The notes under the pieces: model-generated
What the model was told of the DNA's origin: nothing
The model's database searches: none
What the model saw: only the letters and a program-made list of their open reading frames with translations
In this document: piece after piece, positions 10,695 to 23,222 of the stretch
How positions within the stretch are numbered: the first letter of the stretch is position 1
Layout of the letters: each line of letters opens with the position of its first letter
Made by a program: the position numbers and the translations under genes
From: Takakia lepidozioides
Lineage: Eukaryota > Plantae > Bryophyta
NCBI GenBank assembly: GCA_030704615.1
Contig: CM060733.1
Span: 51,646,001 to 51,710,000 of the forward strand
DNA: 64,000 bases
Reading direction: 5' to 3'

Positions 10695-12580
10695 AAGCGA
10701 CCGCCAACTTGGCGGTCGCTCCATTTTTCGGAAAATAAAAAAATAAGCGACCGCCAGAACTGGCGGTCGCTCCATTTTCCGGATAAATAAAAAAAACTGC
10801 GATCGCCAGAATTGGCGGTCGCAACATTTTCCGAAAAAAAAAAAAAAAAAAAAAAAAAACCGCTAGAACAGGCGGTCGCTCCATTTTCTGGAAATAAAAT
10901 AAATAAACGACCTCCAACATAGGCGGTCGCTTCATTTTCAAAAAATTTAAAATAAATAAGCAACCGCCAACATAGGCGGTCGCTTTATTTTCAAAAATAT
11001 TAAAATAAAAGCGACCGCCAGCAATGGCGGTCACTTGATTTTCAAAACATTTAAAATAAACTGGCGGTCGCTCCATTTCCAACAACATTTTAATAAAAGC
11101 GACCGCCAGTAGTGGCGGTCGCTGGATTTACAAAAAACAAAACAATTGCGGCGACCGCCCGTAATGGCGGTCGCTCGATTTTCCTCCAAAATATAGAGAA
11201 GCGACCGCCTGTAATGGCGGTCGCTTCATTTTCAAAAACATTTAAATAAAAGCGACCGTCAGTAATGGCGGTCGCTTCATTTTCATTTTCAAAACAATTA
11301 AAATAAATGCGACCGCCACAAATGGCGGTCGTTCCATTTCCAACCAAATTTTTGAAAAAGCGACCGCCATTAATGGCGGTCGCTGCAATTACAAAAAAAA
11401 ACAATACCGGCGACCGCCCCTAATGGTGGTCGCTCCATTTTCTTCCAAGAAACAAAAAAACGGCTGCTAGTAACGGCGGTCGCTTCATTTCCAAAATAAT
11501 TAAAATAAAAGCGACCGCCAGTAATGGCGGTCGCTACATTTCAAAAATAAAAAAATAAAAGCGACCGTCAGTAATGGTGGTCGCTGCATTTAAAAAAATA
11601 ACCATTACAGCGACCTCCAGAAATGACGGTCGCTGCATTTTGTAAAAACAAAAACTGCCAGTATTGGAAGTGAGGGGAGAATGACTGGGGGCTTATATGC
11701 CCCCCCCCCGGCCTCATTCCTCGCTCCACGCGCAGGTCAGACCTCGTACAAGCAACCGCCACCATGGCGGTCGCTCCATTTAAAAACAAAAAAAAACGAC
11801 CGCCACAAATGGCGGTCGCTCCATTTCGCCAGAAAAAGAAAAAAAACGATCGCCAGTAATGGCGGTCACTGCATTTATAAAAACAAAAAAAAACTTCAAG
11901 CGACCGGAAGTGAGGGGAGAATGAGTCGGAGCTTATATGCCCCCCTCCCCCCGCCTCACTCCTTGCTCCATGCGCATGGCACACTTCGTAGAAGCGACCG
12001 CCACCTTGGCGGTCGCTCCATTTTCATTTTCAAAACAATTAAAATAAAAGCGACCGTCATAAATGGCGGTCGCTCCATTTTCATTTTCAAAACAATTAAA
12101 ATAAAAGCGACCGTCATAAATGGCGGTCGCTCCATTTCCAACCAAATTTCAATAAAAGCGACCGCCACTAATGGCGGTCGTTGCAATTACAAAAAACAAC
12201 AATACCGGCGACCGCCCCTAATGGCGGTCGCTCCATTTTGCTCCCAAAAAACAAAAAAGCGACCGCCAGTAACGGCGGTCGCTTAATTTCCAAAATAATT
12301 AAAATAAAAGCGACCGCCATGTATATCCTTCCCCCCCCTCATTCCTCGCTCCACGTGCAGAACAAACCTCATAGAAGCGACCGCCACCTTCGCGGTCGCT
12401 CCATTTAAAAAAAAAAATGGACCGCCAGTAATGACGGTCGCCCCATTTCCAAAAATAAAAAAATGGCGGTCGGGGAGAATGACTGGGAGCTTATTTGCCC
12501 CCCCGCCCCCCCCCTCCTCATTCCTCGCTCCACGCGGAGGGCAGACCTCATAGAAGTGACCGCCACCTTGGCGGTCGCTC
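10695..12580. repeat. Array of ~30 palindromes GCGACCGCC-N5/6-GGCGGTCGC, ~51-bp period, A-rich spacers
   Basis: Counted by eye; a longer GGGGAGAAT...CATTCCTCGCTCCACG block recurs at ~10610, 11670, 11910, 12320, 12470. Confidence 0.95.
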
Positions 12581-12830
12581 TATTTAAATAAAAATGAATG
12601 CACAGTTGGAAGCATGGCACAATTGTTCTCCATTCCACAAGCAAATCACCGAACATGAGCAAGTGACGGTGCCTTTGGCCGACATTTTGGCTGGTATACA
12701 TATGGGCAACATCTTTTATTTTCCAACACATACACAACAGCAATACAAATACTCATAGTGACAATGATCACATTGGTATTATTTCAGTACAGAAATATAA
12801 ACATGTCCACTAAAAAGTGCTGATACATGC

Positions 12831-15770
12831 CTACAGCTTCAATTCCTTGTAATGCTTCGACGGCGGGACGAAGAAGATCTTAATCCTAATGCTCCGATGG
12901 GTTGGAAATCCGGGTCACCCTCGACTTCACCACCGTTGCCATGATCAGTGCTGGAATCGTCTCCCTATCTGACCTCATATGTCCAGGCATTTGAATCTGC
13001 AAGTGACCTCAAACCACATTTAGTTATCTTTGAAGTCGACTCCCACTCCGGTCTTGAATACCATCCATGGTATCTGGCCAGTTTGTGGGCCGATCGCCTA
13101 CAAAAGGTTGGACTGTTCTCTGTCGTTTATGGACTTGGGACGCAATCAAAGGTGGTCTCGAAGGAGGTACCGGAGGGGGGACTGCCCGAGATGGACCGAC
13201 ATGTGAGGAACCACGGGTCTGCTGCACAACACGTCGGTTAAGGTGGAATTGTAGTGGCAGGTTGTTATCATCCGAGGCTTCAACTTCCGCCCGGTCCAAT
13301 GCAGCAGAATGATGCATGTGTGTGGAAAACATATCAACCATGTTGCTCCTTAATGCCCACTATGTTGATGGGGAGCTGGATTGGTTTTGGCATTGTTCTT
13401 GAGCTAGTCGTATCGGTGAGACATGATCCCGTCCCGTCGACTATTTAATGGGTTCGACACCATCGTTTGTATGAACAGGGTTGCGTACGTCGATCGGTCC
13501 TGGCAGTACATCACCCCTAAGCTCCATTGGGGCACTACCGGTGGCTTCAGCGTGTAGTGGGGGGCGATGGTCGACCCCAACTTCATTTTGAGGACCATGT
13601 TCTGGGGATGACACAATTGCAGCTTCACCTTCATCTGCGATACGCATTTCTTCAAGAAGGTCATCAAAGGTCGGCTGGATATAAGCATCATCCTCTATGA
13701 ATGTAAACGGGTCATACGCATTTTCGGGAACATCATCGGATCCATCTTCACTATCGGAGGCAGATGATTCCCTTTGAGATGATTCTCTATGAGGCTCAGT
13801 ATCGTCACTCATCGAATCAGCCTCAGAAGCAGAGTCTTCGGAATGCAAATTCCTTTCATACCATGCTGCAGCATCATCCGTTGCCCTCTCACGTAGCAGT
13901 CGGCAATTGGTATACACATATACCAATTTGTCAGTCCTCGCGGGATTCAACTTGTTGCGAATCTTGTTACGAACAAATGATTAATTGCTCCAATTGCGTT
14001 TGCAAGATGAGGCGGAGCACACTTGAGCAAGAATACGCTTCGCAATGGGAGCCAATGTTCTTGCTCTAGCTCCAATCAGATCCCACCATTCATGTGGCAA
14101 CATATTGAGCTCTTTTGGATCCGGCATGTCCTCAAAAGGGTCGCGGCGATCAGCGTCGTCATCAGCGTCGTCTCGGAGCATGGTGTTGTCGAACAAGAAT
14201 GGATTGAGCAAAGCCCCCGCATAATGCAAGTCCGTTCGAACCATCGAACGACGGTTGTAAAATGCATCATCAGCACTGTCCGCAAGTTCAGATTCCAAGG
14301 AGAAGGGAGGATGCCTCAATGATTGGACGTGCTTCTCAAGATTTTGCATTAGTAACCATGCCTTGCCCATTACTGGTTGCTTTCCATCAAACTCCCGCAA
14401 GACGATTAACACCGGCTCTACCATATAAACAAAGTTTTCACATTTCTTCCAGAAATCATCGTTGCGAGTGCTATTTCGAACTTTTCGACTTTTGCCCAAT
14501 GACTTGGCTTTTCTGGAGTCCCACAATGTCCGTGTGTACGCATCCCATTGAGGATCGATGATGGTGTGCTCCAGACTGCTCTTCACCGTCACCAACCGAT
14601 CCACCATCAAGAAGTTAGTGACAAAACGAGTTTCGCCTGGATTGCGGAGGCTGCATTTGGGTTTGTGCCTCCTATATGTTGCCAAAGGGATGTGGTGTGT
14701 GCGGATAAACGACACAATAGTCTTCGCTCGCTTGACAAGTTGTTTCACCCACTGTTCTTTTCCCCAATCTTTCAAAAGGAGGTCAAGGATATGAGCAGCA
14801 CAACCTCGATAGTACATATGGGGATAACGTGCCAACAACATGTCTGCAATGTTTCTCATGTTAGCGGCATTGTCTGTGTATATTTGCACGATTCTATCAT
14901 TTCCGACCTGTTCGATGAAGTCCGTCAATAGTTGGCATTAATAACGTCCATCTCTCTTCTCGCCGCTAGTGTCGACCGATCCCAAGAATTGTTCCCCAAT
15001 TGGACATACGAGCATGACATTGAATAACGGTCTGTTTCAGAACTCCAACCATCGGCACATATAGTGCTTCCATATTTTCTGATGCACTCGTCCGTCCTAT
15101 CGTTGACCTTTTGAGTAAGCTCGGTCATGACGTCTTCTAGCAATCCTGTGCGGAGATTGTGATAAGTCGGAGGCACGTACGTGGATCTGGACTCCGAGGT
15201 TGCTCTTACGGCAGAAACAAATGTTGGAAGCCTTGCCATATTAAATGATATGTTGGCCTTGAAGAAAAACTGCGCCCATTTTTTATCCAACTGTCTTTTC
15301 GCAGACAAGTTAAGACTTTCTTGCATGGATTGCTGCCGTAATCCTCTACTCCGTTGAAGTGTAGAGATAGAAAGAGGTATTGAAGCAGGTGTTGCTCCGG
15401 CACAACCCACTTGTCCAAGGACACCCGAAGCCTCACAAGAGTCGCCCTGGGTACTAATCGGGGCATCCTGACGGGAAGATGAAGTGTTCTGCTCAGACGT
15501 CATGTCCAGATCCAAAGACATTGGAATATTGCCTCCACACTGGGCAAAGTGGTTTTTTACCCGCATAGATGTTTTGGGGCATAAACCCACCCCAGTGCTC
15601 TTCACACCTTTATAGCCGAGGTGAGCGATTAACTGATCCTTACGATAAGAAAGGTTTAATCCATATAGGTTGCACTCAACACTACCAGTGACACTGACAG
15701 TGTTCGGGATTGCCGTATACCAAGGGCTTCATTCCTCTATCATCTTCACCCAATATCCACTCCCCTGGGA
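12831..15770 (-). pseudogene. hAT transposase (BED-like finger, DUF659, hAT dimerisation domain)
   Basis: TICADGWS, IVQIYTDNAANM, CAAHILDLLLKDWG, ETRF, LAPIAKRILAQVCSASSCKRNWS, DKLVYVYTN; frameshifts, stops and a low-complexity C-terminal tail. Confidence 0.9.
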
Positions 15771-16176
15771 CCTAGCGATGCAAGCAACAAAAAATAGTCA
15801 CCTATAAATGAACGTGTTGTGAATGTACAGTGCAATGCGATAGCCTAATACTTCTACACTTGTCAGCAACCCAAGTAGGTCGATGTGGGTTGTAGTGTTG
15901 AGCTTATACACAATCTGCTGAAATGACTTTGGTGGAAGCCACAACGGCAAAAAGTGCGCACCCTCCTCTTGGGCTACACTTTCGTTCAATGGAAGAGAAC
16001 ATCCAAAGCAACCTCAAGTGTTTGCACCAAAAGAAGTGATGAGCTTGGTGACCCTCCTGCCTTATATATGATCCAAGAGGGATGAAAGTGAAATGAAAGT
16101 GAAATGAATAAATGACGAACCAATAGCGCCCACCCGAAAAAGGCTGTACAACCATATTTGTTGTAATTTTGAAATT

Positions 16177-17195
16177 AAGCGACCGCTAATACTACGGTCG
16201 TTATTTTTATTTTTTATGAAAAACAAGCGACCGCCACTACTGTGGTCGCTTTTATTTCTTTTCATTTTGTGCAATATTGCGGTCACTTCTATTTTGTATA
16301 TTTTTAAATTTAAGCGACCGCCCGTATGGCGGTCGCTATTGTTTTTTATTTCAAAATATAATGCGACTGCCGGTATGGCGGTCGCTTCATTTGTTAATAT
16401 ATTTCAAATAAAGCGACCGCCAATATGGTGGTCGCTTTTATTTTTAATATTTTTAAAAAAACGCGACCGCTAGTAAGGCGGTCGCTTTTAATCTTTATAT
16501 TTTCAAGTTTAAGCGACCTCCAGGCTGGCGGTCGCTCAAACTTAATATATATTTTAAAATTGACACGACCGCCGGTTTGGTGGTCGCAAATATTGTATTG
16601 TTTTAAAACAAGCGACCACTGGTGTGGCGGTCGCTTTTATTTTCATATGTCGCTTGTTTTTTTATATAATTTTAAATTTACCGACCGCCATATGGCAGTC
16701 GTTTGTTTTTCTATATATTTTTTAAATTAAGCGACCGCCCAATGGCGGTCGCTGCTTTTTTCTTAAAAATATTTTTGAAATTATCCGACCGCCATATGGC
16801 GGTCGCTTGTTCTGTACATATTTACAAAATTGTGCGACCACCAATACGGCAGTCGTTTGTTTCCTTTTTTAAATTAGGCGACCGCCAATGCGACCTCCAA
16901 TCTTGTTTTTTCTTAAAAATAAATTGAAGCAACCGCCAAGATAGCGGTCGCTATTTCTTTTTTTAATTCGAAAAATAAAGCGACCGCCAGTGCGACCGTC
17001 AATCTTGCTTTTTTTTTAAAACAATTTGAAGCGACCGCCGCTATTTCTTTTTTTATTTCGAAAAATAAAGCGACCGCCAGTGCGACCGCCAATCTTGCTT
17101 TAAAATAATATAATTGAAGCGATCGCCAATACGGCGGTTGCTATTTCTTTTTTAATTTTGAAAAACAAAGCGACCGCCATAATTGGCGGTCGTGT
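16177..17195. repeat. Second array of ~20 GCGACCGCC/GGCGGTCGC palindromes, ~50-bp period
   Basis: Same motif as 10695-12580, upstream of the transposase. Confidence 0.95.
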
Positions 17196-17386
17196 TCATT
17201 TTGTTAATTTTCAAAAATGTATTTGCCACCGCCACCGTGTCGGCGACGTGATTGCTTAAGTAACAATATTTTACCTGGTACTATTTTTACCAGAATATTC
17301 CCCGAACCTGACGTGACGGTGGTCCCGTCATCGTCAGGTCTGACGTGATGTGACGCTGACGGACGGACGTGACGCTGATAACTGGG

Positions 17387-19434
17387 ATTTGGACGACATT
17401 TTGATATTTTCACAGAATGAAGAAGAACATGGCCGTCATGCTGAAACAGGCATTTACAACGGCTCCAATACTGGTACATGCAGACCCATCTAAACTATTC
17501 TTCTTGAAAGTAGATGCATCGGACTTTGCACTTGACACTCTACTCTCTCAATATGGTACAGATGGCCGACTTCATCTTGTTGGTTCTCGTTCTCGCAAAT
17601 TTTCCGCTGCAGAGATCAATTATGAAATCTATGACAAAGAACTTATAGCGATCATCGATGCTTTTGAGGAGTGGCGTCATCTACTGGAGGGAGCTAAACA
17701 TCAAGTCACTGTCTACACCGATCACAAAAACCTCGAATATTTTATGAGTGCTCGTGTTTTGAATCGACGTCAAGCTAGATGGGGTATGTCACTAACAAGG
17801 TTTAATTTTGTTATAACCTATCGCTCCAGACATCTTCAAGAGAAACCCGATGCTATTTCTCGACGATCGTATCTTGCGCCGAAAAAAAAGGAGACAACTT
17901 TCGACCAGCAGAAATTCATAATCTTGAAATCAGCAAATCTCCAATTGAATATGCTATCTATGTCTACCTATGACGATGCAGAGATTATAAAAGAGATTCA
18001 GGAAGCACTGAAGAGCAACCAATTTGCTACGACACTACGAAGTCAACTAAATCGATCTCGAGACAACCCACATGTTACAAACGACTTCGAATGCAAAGAT
18101 GACTTATTTTATTTCAAGGGACTTCTCTATGTACCTCCTACGCGGTTTCGAATTCTTCAAACATGTCATGATTCTCCGGCTGCAGGACATTTCGGCTTCA
18201 ACAAAACAATGGAATTGATATCTAGGGACTATTGGTGGCCGCAGATGTGGAAACTCGTGAAAGAATTTATAAAATCTTGTGACATGTGTGCTAGAGCGTT
18301 CAGGGACCACGACATCGACCTTACGGCCTTCTTCAACCATTACCCATTCCCAAGGGTCCATGATCGTCCGTGTCTATGGACTTTATTACGGACTTCCGAT
18401 TTCCAAGACCACCGATTCAATCCTTGTTATTGTAGATCGTTTTACGAAGATGACACATTTCATTCCATATAATAAGACGGTTACCGGCGAGGAAACTGCA
18501 AGACTCTTCCTCAATAATATCTATCGTATTCATGGACTCCCGAAGGATATCGTATCTGATCAAGGACCACAGTTTGTATCAAATTTCTGGAAGGGATTAT
18601 TTCACATATTGGATATTAAGATTAACCTCTCTACAGCTAATCATCCACAGACTGATGGTCGAGCCGAACGTGTAAACCAGATTTTGGAATGGTATCTTCG
18701 CTGTACGATAAATTATCACCAAGATAATTGGACGGACCTTCTGTCATTAGCTGAGTTTGCCTACAACAACACTATACATTCTTCGACCAAACAAACTCCA
18801 TTTTTCTCCAATTATGGTCATCATCCTCGAGCAAACCCTTTCCACATGAAGACTGTTGGAAGTCTTGTTGTAGAAAACCTTGCTACTCATCTTGCTACGA
18901 TTCACAAGGAGCTTACATTCTACCTCACAGAAGCTCAAAAAACAATACAAGGAGTATGCAGATCAACATCGCCAACTCCAACCTCAGTTCAAGGTCGGAG
19001 ATCATGTGTGGCTTCTTCGACGGGACATACAAACCTCGCGTCCATCAAGGAAGTTGGATTATCAACGTCTGGGACCATTCAAAATTATTCGACAAATAAA
19101 TCCGGTCAGTTTTCGGCTTGAACTCCCACGAAGTATGCGCATCTATCTAGTCTTTCATGTTTTATTATTGGAGTTGTATCATCCATCGAATATTCCAGGG
19201 AGAGTCTCCGTACCACCTCTACCAATCGAAGTCAATCAGAAAATTGAGTATGAAGTCGACGAAGTCCTCGATTCTCGCATCAAGTATAAACGTCTTGAGT
19301 ATTTCGTACATTGGAAAGGCTACAACATCAGCGAACAAACGTGTGAACCTTCATCCAACCTCGCCAATGCATCTGACAAAGTCCAAGAGTTTCATCAACG
19401 ATATCCAGCTAAGCCCCGAGCTACACATCAATAA
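17387..19434 (+). pseudogene. pol remnant: RT LDD fragment, RNase H, integrase, chromodomain
   Basis: [33 protein letters not shown]...CDMC, SDQGPQF, HPQTDGRAERVN, LGPFKI, YEVDEVLDSR..YFVHWKGY; frameshifts and an RT deletion near 17440. Confidence 0.95.
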
Positions 19435-19580
19435 GACGTCACAATGATGATGTCAACCAAATTAGCTTCAAGGTGAAGACTCCATATTCAATGTACCTGA
19501 TATACGCTAAGGAGGGAGGAGCACCACACATCAGTATATATAGCTACACCTCCAGCACTCTTGCATCTTGTATTCGCAGC

Positions 19581-19982
19581 ATGAAGTCACATAAACCAGA
19601 TACATTGAAGTTGTCGCTTACCCAACTACCAGATCAGCCATTCCGACTCTCACGACCTTCAACATCACGCCGACGCTCTCGAGACGATGGGCTACCAATG
19701 CGACGCGTACTTCCTCGTCTGGACCCCGTACGACGACAAGTGGAGCCTACTCGAAGTCTGATAATTCTATTGGAGGTTGAGGCTTCGGACCTAGAAGACA
19801 ACGAAATCATGCTTGAAGACAACTTCGAAAATCAGAATGCTCAAATTACTGCGTGGTCCTAAGTTAAAGGTGTTGGACATTATCGATGGTTGTAGGGACC
19901 TATAAATCATTTGAGTCAATAACGAAGAGCCGAATATTTGGCAAGTACCATTCGTCGGATTTTGGATTTTCTCCAACTCTAA
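19581..19982 (+). pseudogene. Possible extra ORF between chromodomain and PPT
   Basis: TATATATAG at ~19535, ATG 19581, Arg-rich then acidic peptide; frame continues through three TAA/TAG to 19982. Confidence 0.4.
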
Positions 19983-20339
19983 GCAAATCCAAGATTTTAC
20001 CGCTCCTCGAGGAACTCGGCGCTAGAAGAGGGGTGATGTCACGGACATAACCTAGAGAAACTTACCAGGAGTAAATACCAGAAGTTACCAAGTTACCATG
20101 TTATTGGAAGTTATAATGACTTATCGTAATTTACCACAATCTACCATGATTTATCATTAGTTACCAAATTACCGGGAGTTTATCAAATTACCAAGAGTAA
20201 CTTGGGAACTGCTCAGGAAACTTCATTTTAAGGAAACTTCTCCATCAAGAAACCTCTATAGGGGAAGCTTCTTAGGGATCTTCTTAGTAGCCAGTATATA
20301 TAGGCGAGACTGGACACTCTTCAGTCTCGCCAACATTTT

Positions 20340-23048
20340 CTTTACTGATGGAAAAGACATTTCTCCAACTTGGCATATAATCCTCTTTCTCTTAATTTAT
20401 CAAGGACAAGGCGTGCCTATGCCATGTTCTTCTTCATTCTGTGAAAATATCAAAATGTCGTCCAAATAGATGACTACAAAATCATCTAAAAATTCTCGAA
20501 AGATGTCATTCATCATATGTTGGAAAATTGCTGGATCATTTGTAAGACCGAAAGACATAACACTGTATTCAAAATATCAATACCTTGTTCGAAAAGTTAT
20601 TTTCCATTCGTCTCCTTATTTTATCTGTACAAGGTTATAAGCTCATCTCAAGTCAATTTTGGTGAAAATCATCGCTCGTCCCAGCTGGTCGAGAAGTCCA
20701 GAAATCAGCGGCAACGGATAACGATTCTTAATTGTGACTTTGTTGAGACCGCGATAGTCTACACACATGCGTAATGATCCGTCCTTCTTTTTCACAAACA
20801 AGATATGCGCCCCCGTAGGTGATTTTGAATGTCGGATGAAGTGCTTCGACAAATTTTCATCAATGTAGTCACGTAATGCAGCCAACTCCGTCTGGGATAA
20901 GTTATAGATTGGGCCGAATGGTGGTTGGGCTCCTTCTTGTAACTCAATTGCACAGTCATAAGGTCGATGTTTTAGCAATATGTCTGCATTTTTCTTCTCG
21001 AAGACATCTTTGAAATCTTGATATTGAGCAGGTAATGTTGAAGTATCTTTATCTGTTGTGGTCTTGATCGGAGTCGCATAAAGTGCAAATGCCGCATCCT
21101 TTTTAGTAGCTCTCATGAAAGCTCTAGCTCCAAGGAATAGAGGTTGAATACCTTTGATATTTCTACATTTTTGTCTTGCAGAAATTTCTCGCGATCACGA
21201 GTCAATGTCAGGATTGTGAAGTACGAACCAGGGAAGTCCAAGGATCACAAGATTCGTTGGAGACTGGATGACGTTGAATATGTGATACTTGATCTTTAAG
21301 CTTCACTTCAAGTGGTCGAGTTTCATGGTCTACATTTCCTGATGCTAACGGTCGTCTATCGATGACTTCAACGGGGGCTCTTCTTTACGAGTGTTAAATT
21401 GTGTTATTTCGCAAAGTTTTTGTCCATAAAACAAGTTGAAGCGCCTAAGTCCAAAAATACTTCTACAGAGATATCTCGATTTTGCACTTTGATTTTTACC
21501 GGAACTGTGAAGCAAGGTACGGGGTCTGGAGGTAGAAAGAGACATTTTTTCGGTGAAGAATTTATGGTGTCCAGCCGCATGGTCCCTACTGTGACTGGAC
21601 ATCTTCGTTTTCCGACCTCCTCGTATCGAACACTTGAGTTGTGCCTCGAGCTTTGAATCTTCTCTTGTTGGAGCAGTTTAATGCTAAGTGATCTTCTTCT
21701 CCGTAATAGAGGTATAACCCATTGGAGCGCCGTCTTTTCTTGTGGCGTCAATGGCTTGAATCGGACAGCATCAATCTGCATAGGATCACTACCGGATGTT
21801 TGATGGATCGTTGTGTTTGGTGCCATAGTAGCAGTGATATAATGCGTCGTCGACCATCCAGATCGCTTCTTTTGACGTCTTTCGAACAAACGATTATCGC
21901 ATGCAATGACTTGGGTGATGAATTCACTCAGTGTGCTCACGTTTGACATTGTCAGCAACAAATCTTTAACATCATCTTTTAGCCCACATCAAAACTGACT
22001 AATGAGGCTCTTCTCCTTCCAATCGAGGTCGCATGCAAGTTGTCAAAATTCGGCAGCATAAATGGAAGCATGACGTGCTTCTTGTCGAAGATTTCGCATT
22101 TTTGTCTCTGCAACTCCCTCTCTATCATTCTCTCCAAACGTTGAAGTGAACTCGGATATGAATGCTTCAAAATTATTTAGTAAATACGATTTTTTTTTTA
22201 ATAGCGGTGCAAACCAAGATAGGGCAGTGCCTGATAAAAGGGTGCCCACGAATCCCACTTGAATACCTTCATCGGGGTAGCGTTGTGGATGTAGTCATAG
22301 GAACAATCATACTTGTTGAACAAAACTACGAAATCTTGATATCGTCCCATCAAATTTCTCGGGCATGCTGATATTTGGTTCTCTCGTAATCTGTTGAAGA
22401 TGAACCGTTGCAGTAGGAGCTGTTGCAGTAGGGACTCGTATGGTTGAAGATCCATTATTCGACTCCTTTAACTCTAAAATTTATTGTTGCAAATTGTGGA
22501 GAGCGTTGCCAAGATCTTGAGACTGATCAGCTTGCAATTGGGCGGTAGAGGTACAAAGTTCTTGCATCTAAAGTTGAAGACTTTGCAATGTGGCGACCAT
22601 TTCCACAAATATACATTCCATCTTAACTAACTAAGGAACAAACCTTAGTCTCGCCAAACTGTCAAGGACGAGAACATGACTGAACATAAACAAAAGATCA
22701 GACTAGAGATACAAGACTAGATAAGAAGTCAAGGTCGGCGTGGCCGAATGCATGATGAGTAAATAAGAATCAAGACGATCTTTATAACAATGAACAAGAG
22801 TACAAGATATTGGAACACGACTTAAATACTGGAATGTTGGAAACTAGACTAGAGTACTAGATACTGGAAATTGGGCTAGAGCACTGGGAATTGGAAACAA
22901 GAATAGCTTGAACTAGTGTTGGCGATACTGAAGAGTATCCAGTCTCCTCCTATATATACTGGCTACTAAGAAGCTTTCCCTATAGAGGTTTCTTGATGGA
23001 GAAGTTTCCTTAAACAAAAGAGGTATCTTGATGGAGAAGTTTCCTCCA
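20340..23048 (-). mobile_element. Same chromovirus family, 5' half: partial 5' LTR, PBS, gag, protease, RT
   Basis: LTR 22660-~23048 matches 20230-20335 in reverse and ends GTCCTTGACA; gag LLSGTALSWF, DPMQIDA; protease FLDLGAST; [32 protein letters not shown]. Confidence 0.92.
22647..22659 (-). other. Self-priming primer-binding site
   Basis: TTGGCGAGACT after the LTR is complementary to AGTCTCGCCAA (20323-20333), ~20 nt after the LTR TATA. Confidence 0.8.
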
Positions 23049-23162
23049 AAGGATTAAATTACGAGGACCTCAAATGCGGGGCTCCTGTCAAATACTCCGC
23101 ACCCCATCTTACCTCGGTTTCACTATTAAATACTTAAGAATCTCAGCAGGTTTGAAGCTGCG

Positions 23163-23222
23163 GTGGGTAGCGTAATGGTAAGGTGACAACATTGCAAGAG
23201 GCGGGGTCTGGGTTCTTCTCTT
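23163..23222 (+). other. Degenerate tRNA-like A/B box segment
   Basis: TAGCGTAATGGT ... GGGTTC; no cloverleaf. Confidence 0.3.

Larger units (their letters stand above)
10695..17386 (-). mobile_element. hAT-superfamily DNA transposon (DUF659 type); left end not identified
   Basis: Transposase pseudogene flanked by the same palindrome arrays; TGACG-rich end at 17300-17386 abuts chromovirus RT sequence. No TIR pair or TSD confirmed. Confidence 0.75.
17387..20335 (+). mobile_element. Ty3/gypsy chromovirus (Tf1/Tcn1-like), 3' half with truncated 3' LTR
   Basis: pol remnant, PPT AGAAGAGGGGTGA (20024-20036), LTR starting TGTCACGGAC at 20037 and cut at ~20335. Confidence 0.92.

Noticed and set aside
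10633-12743. ORFs over the palindrome array, and a CRISPR-like look
   Set aside because: ORFs are translations of repeats; spacers are low-complexity, partly duplicated A/T tracts, there are no cas genes and the context is eukaryotic.
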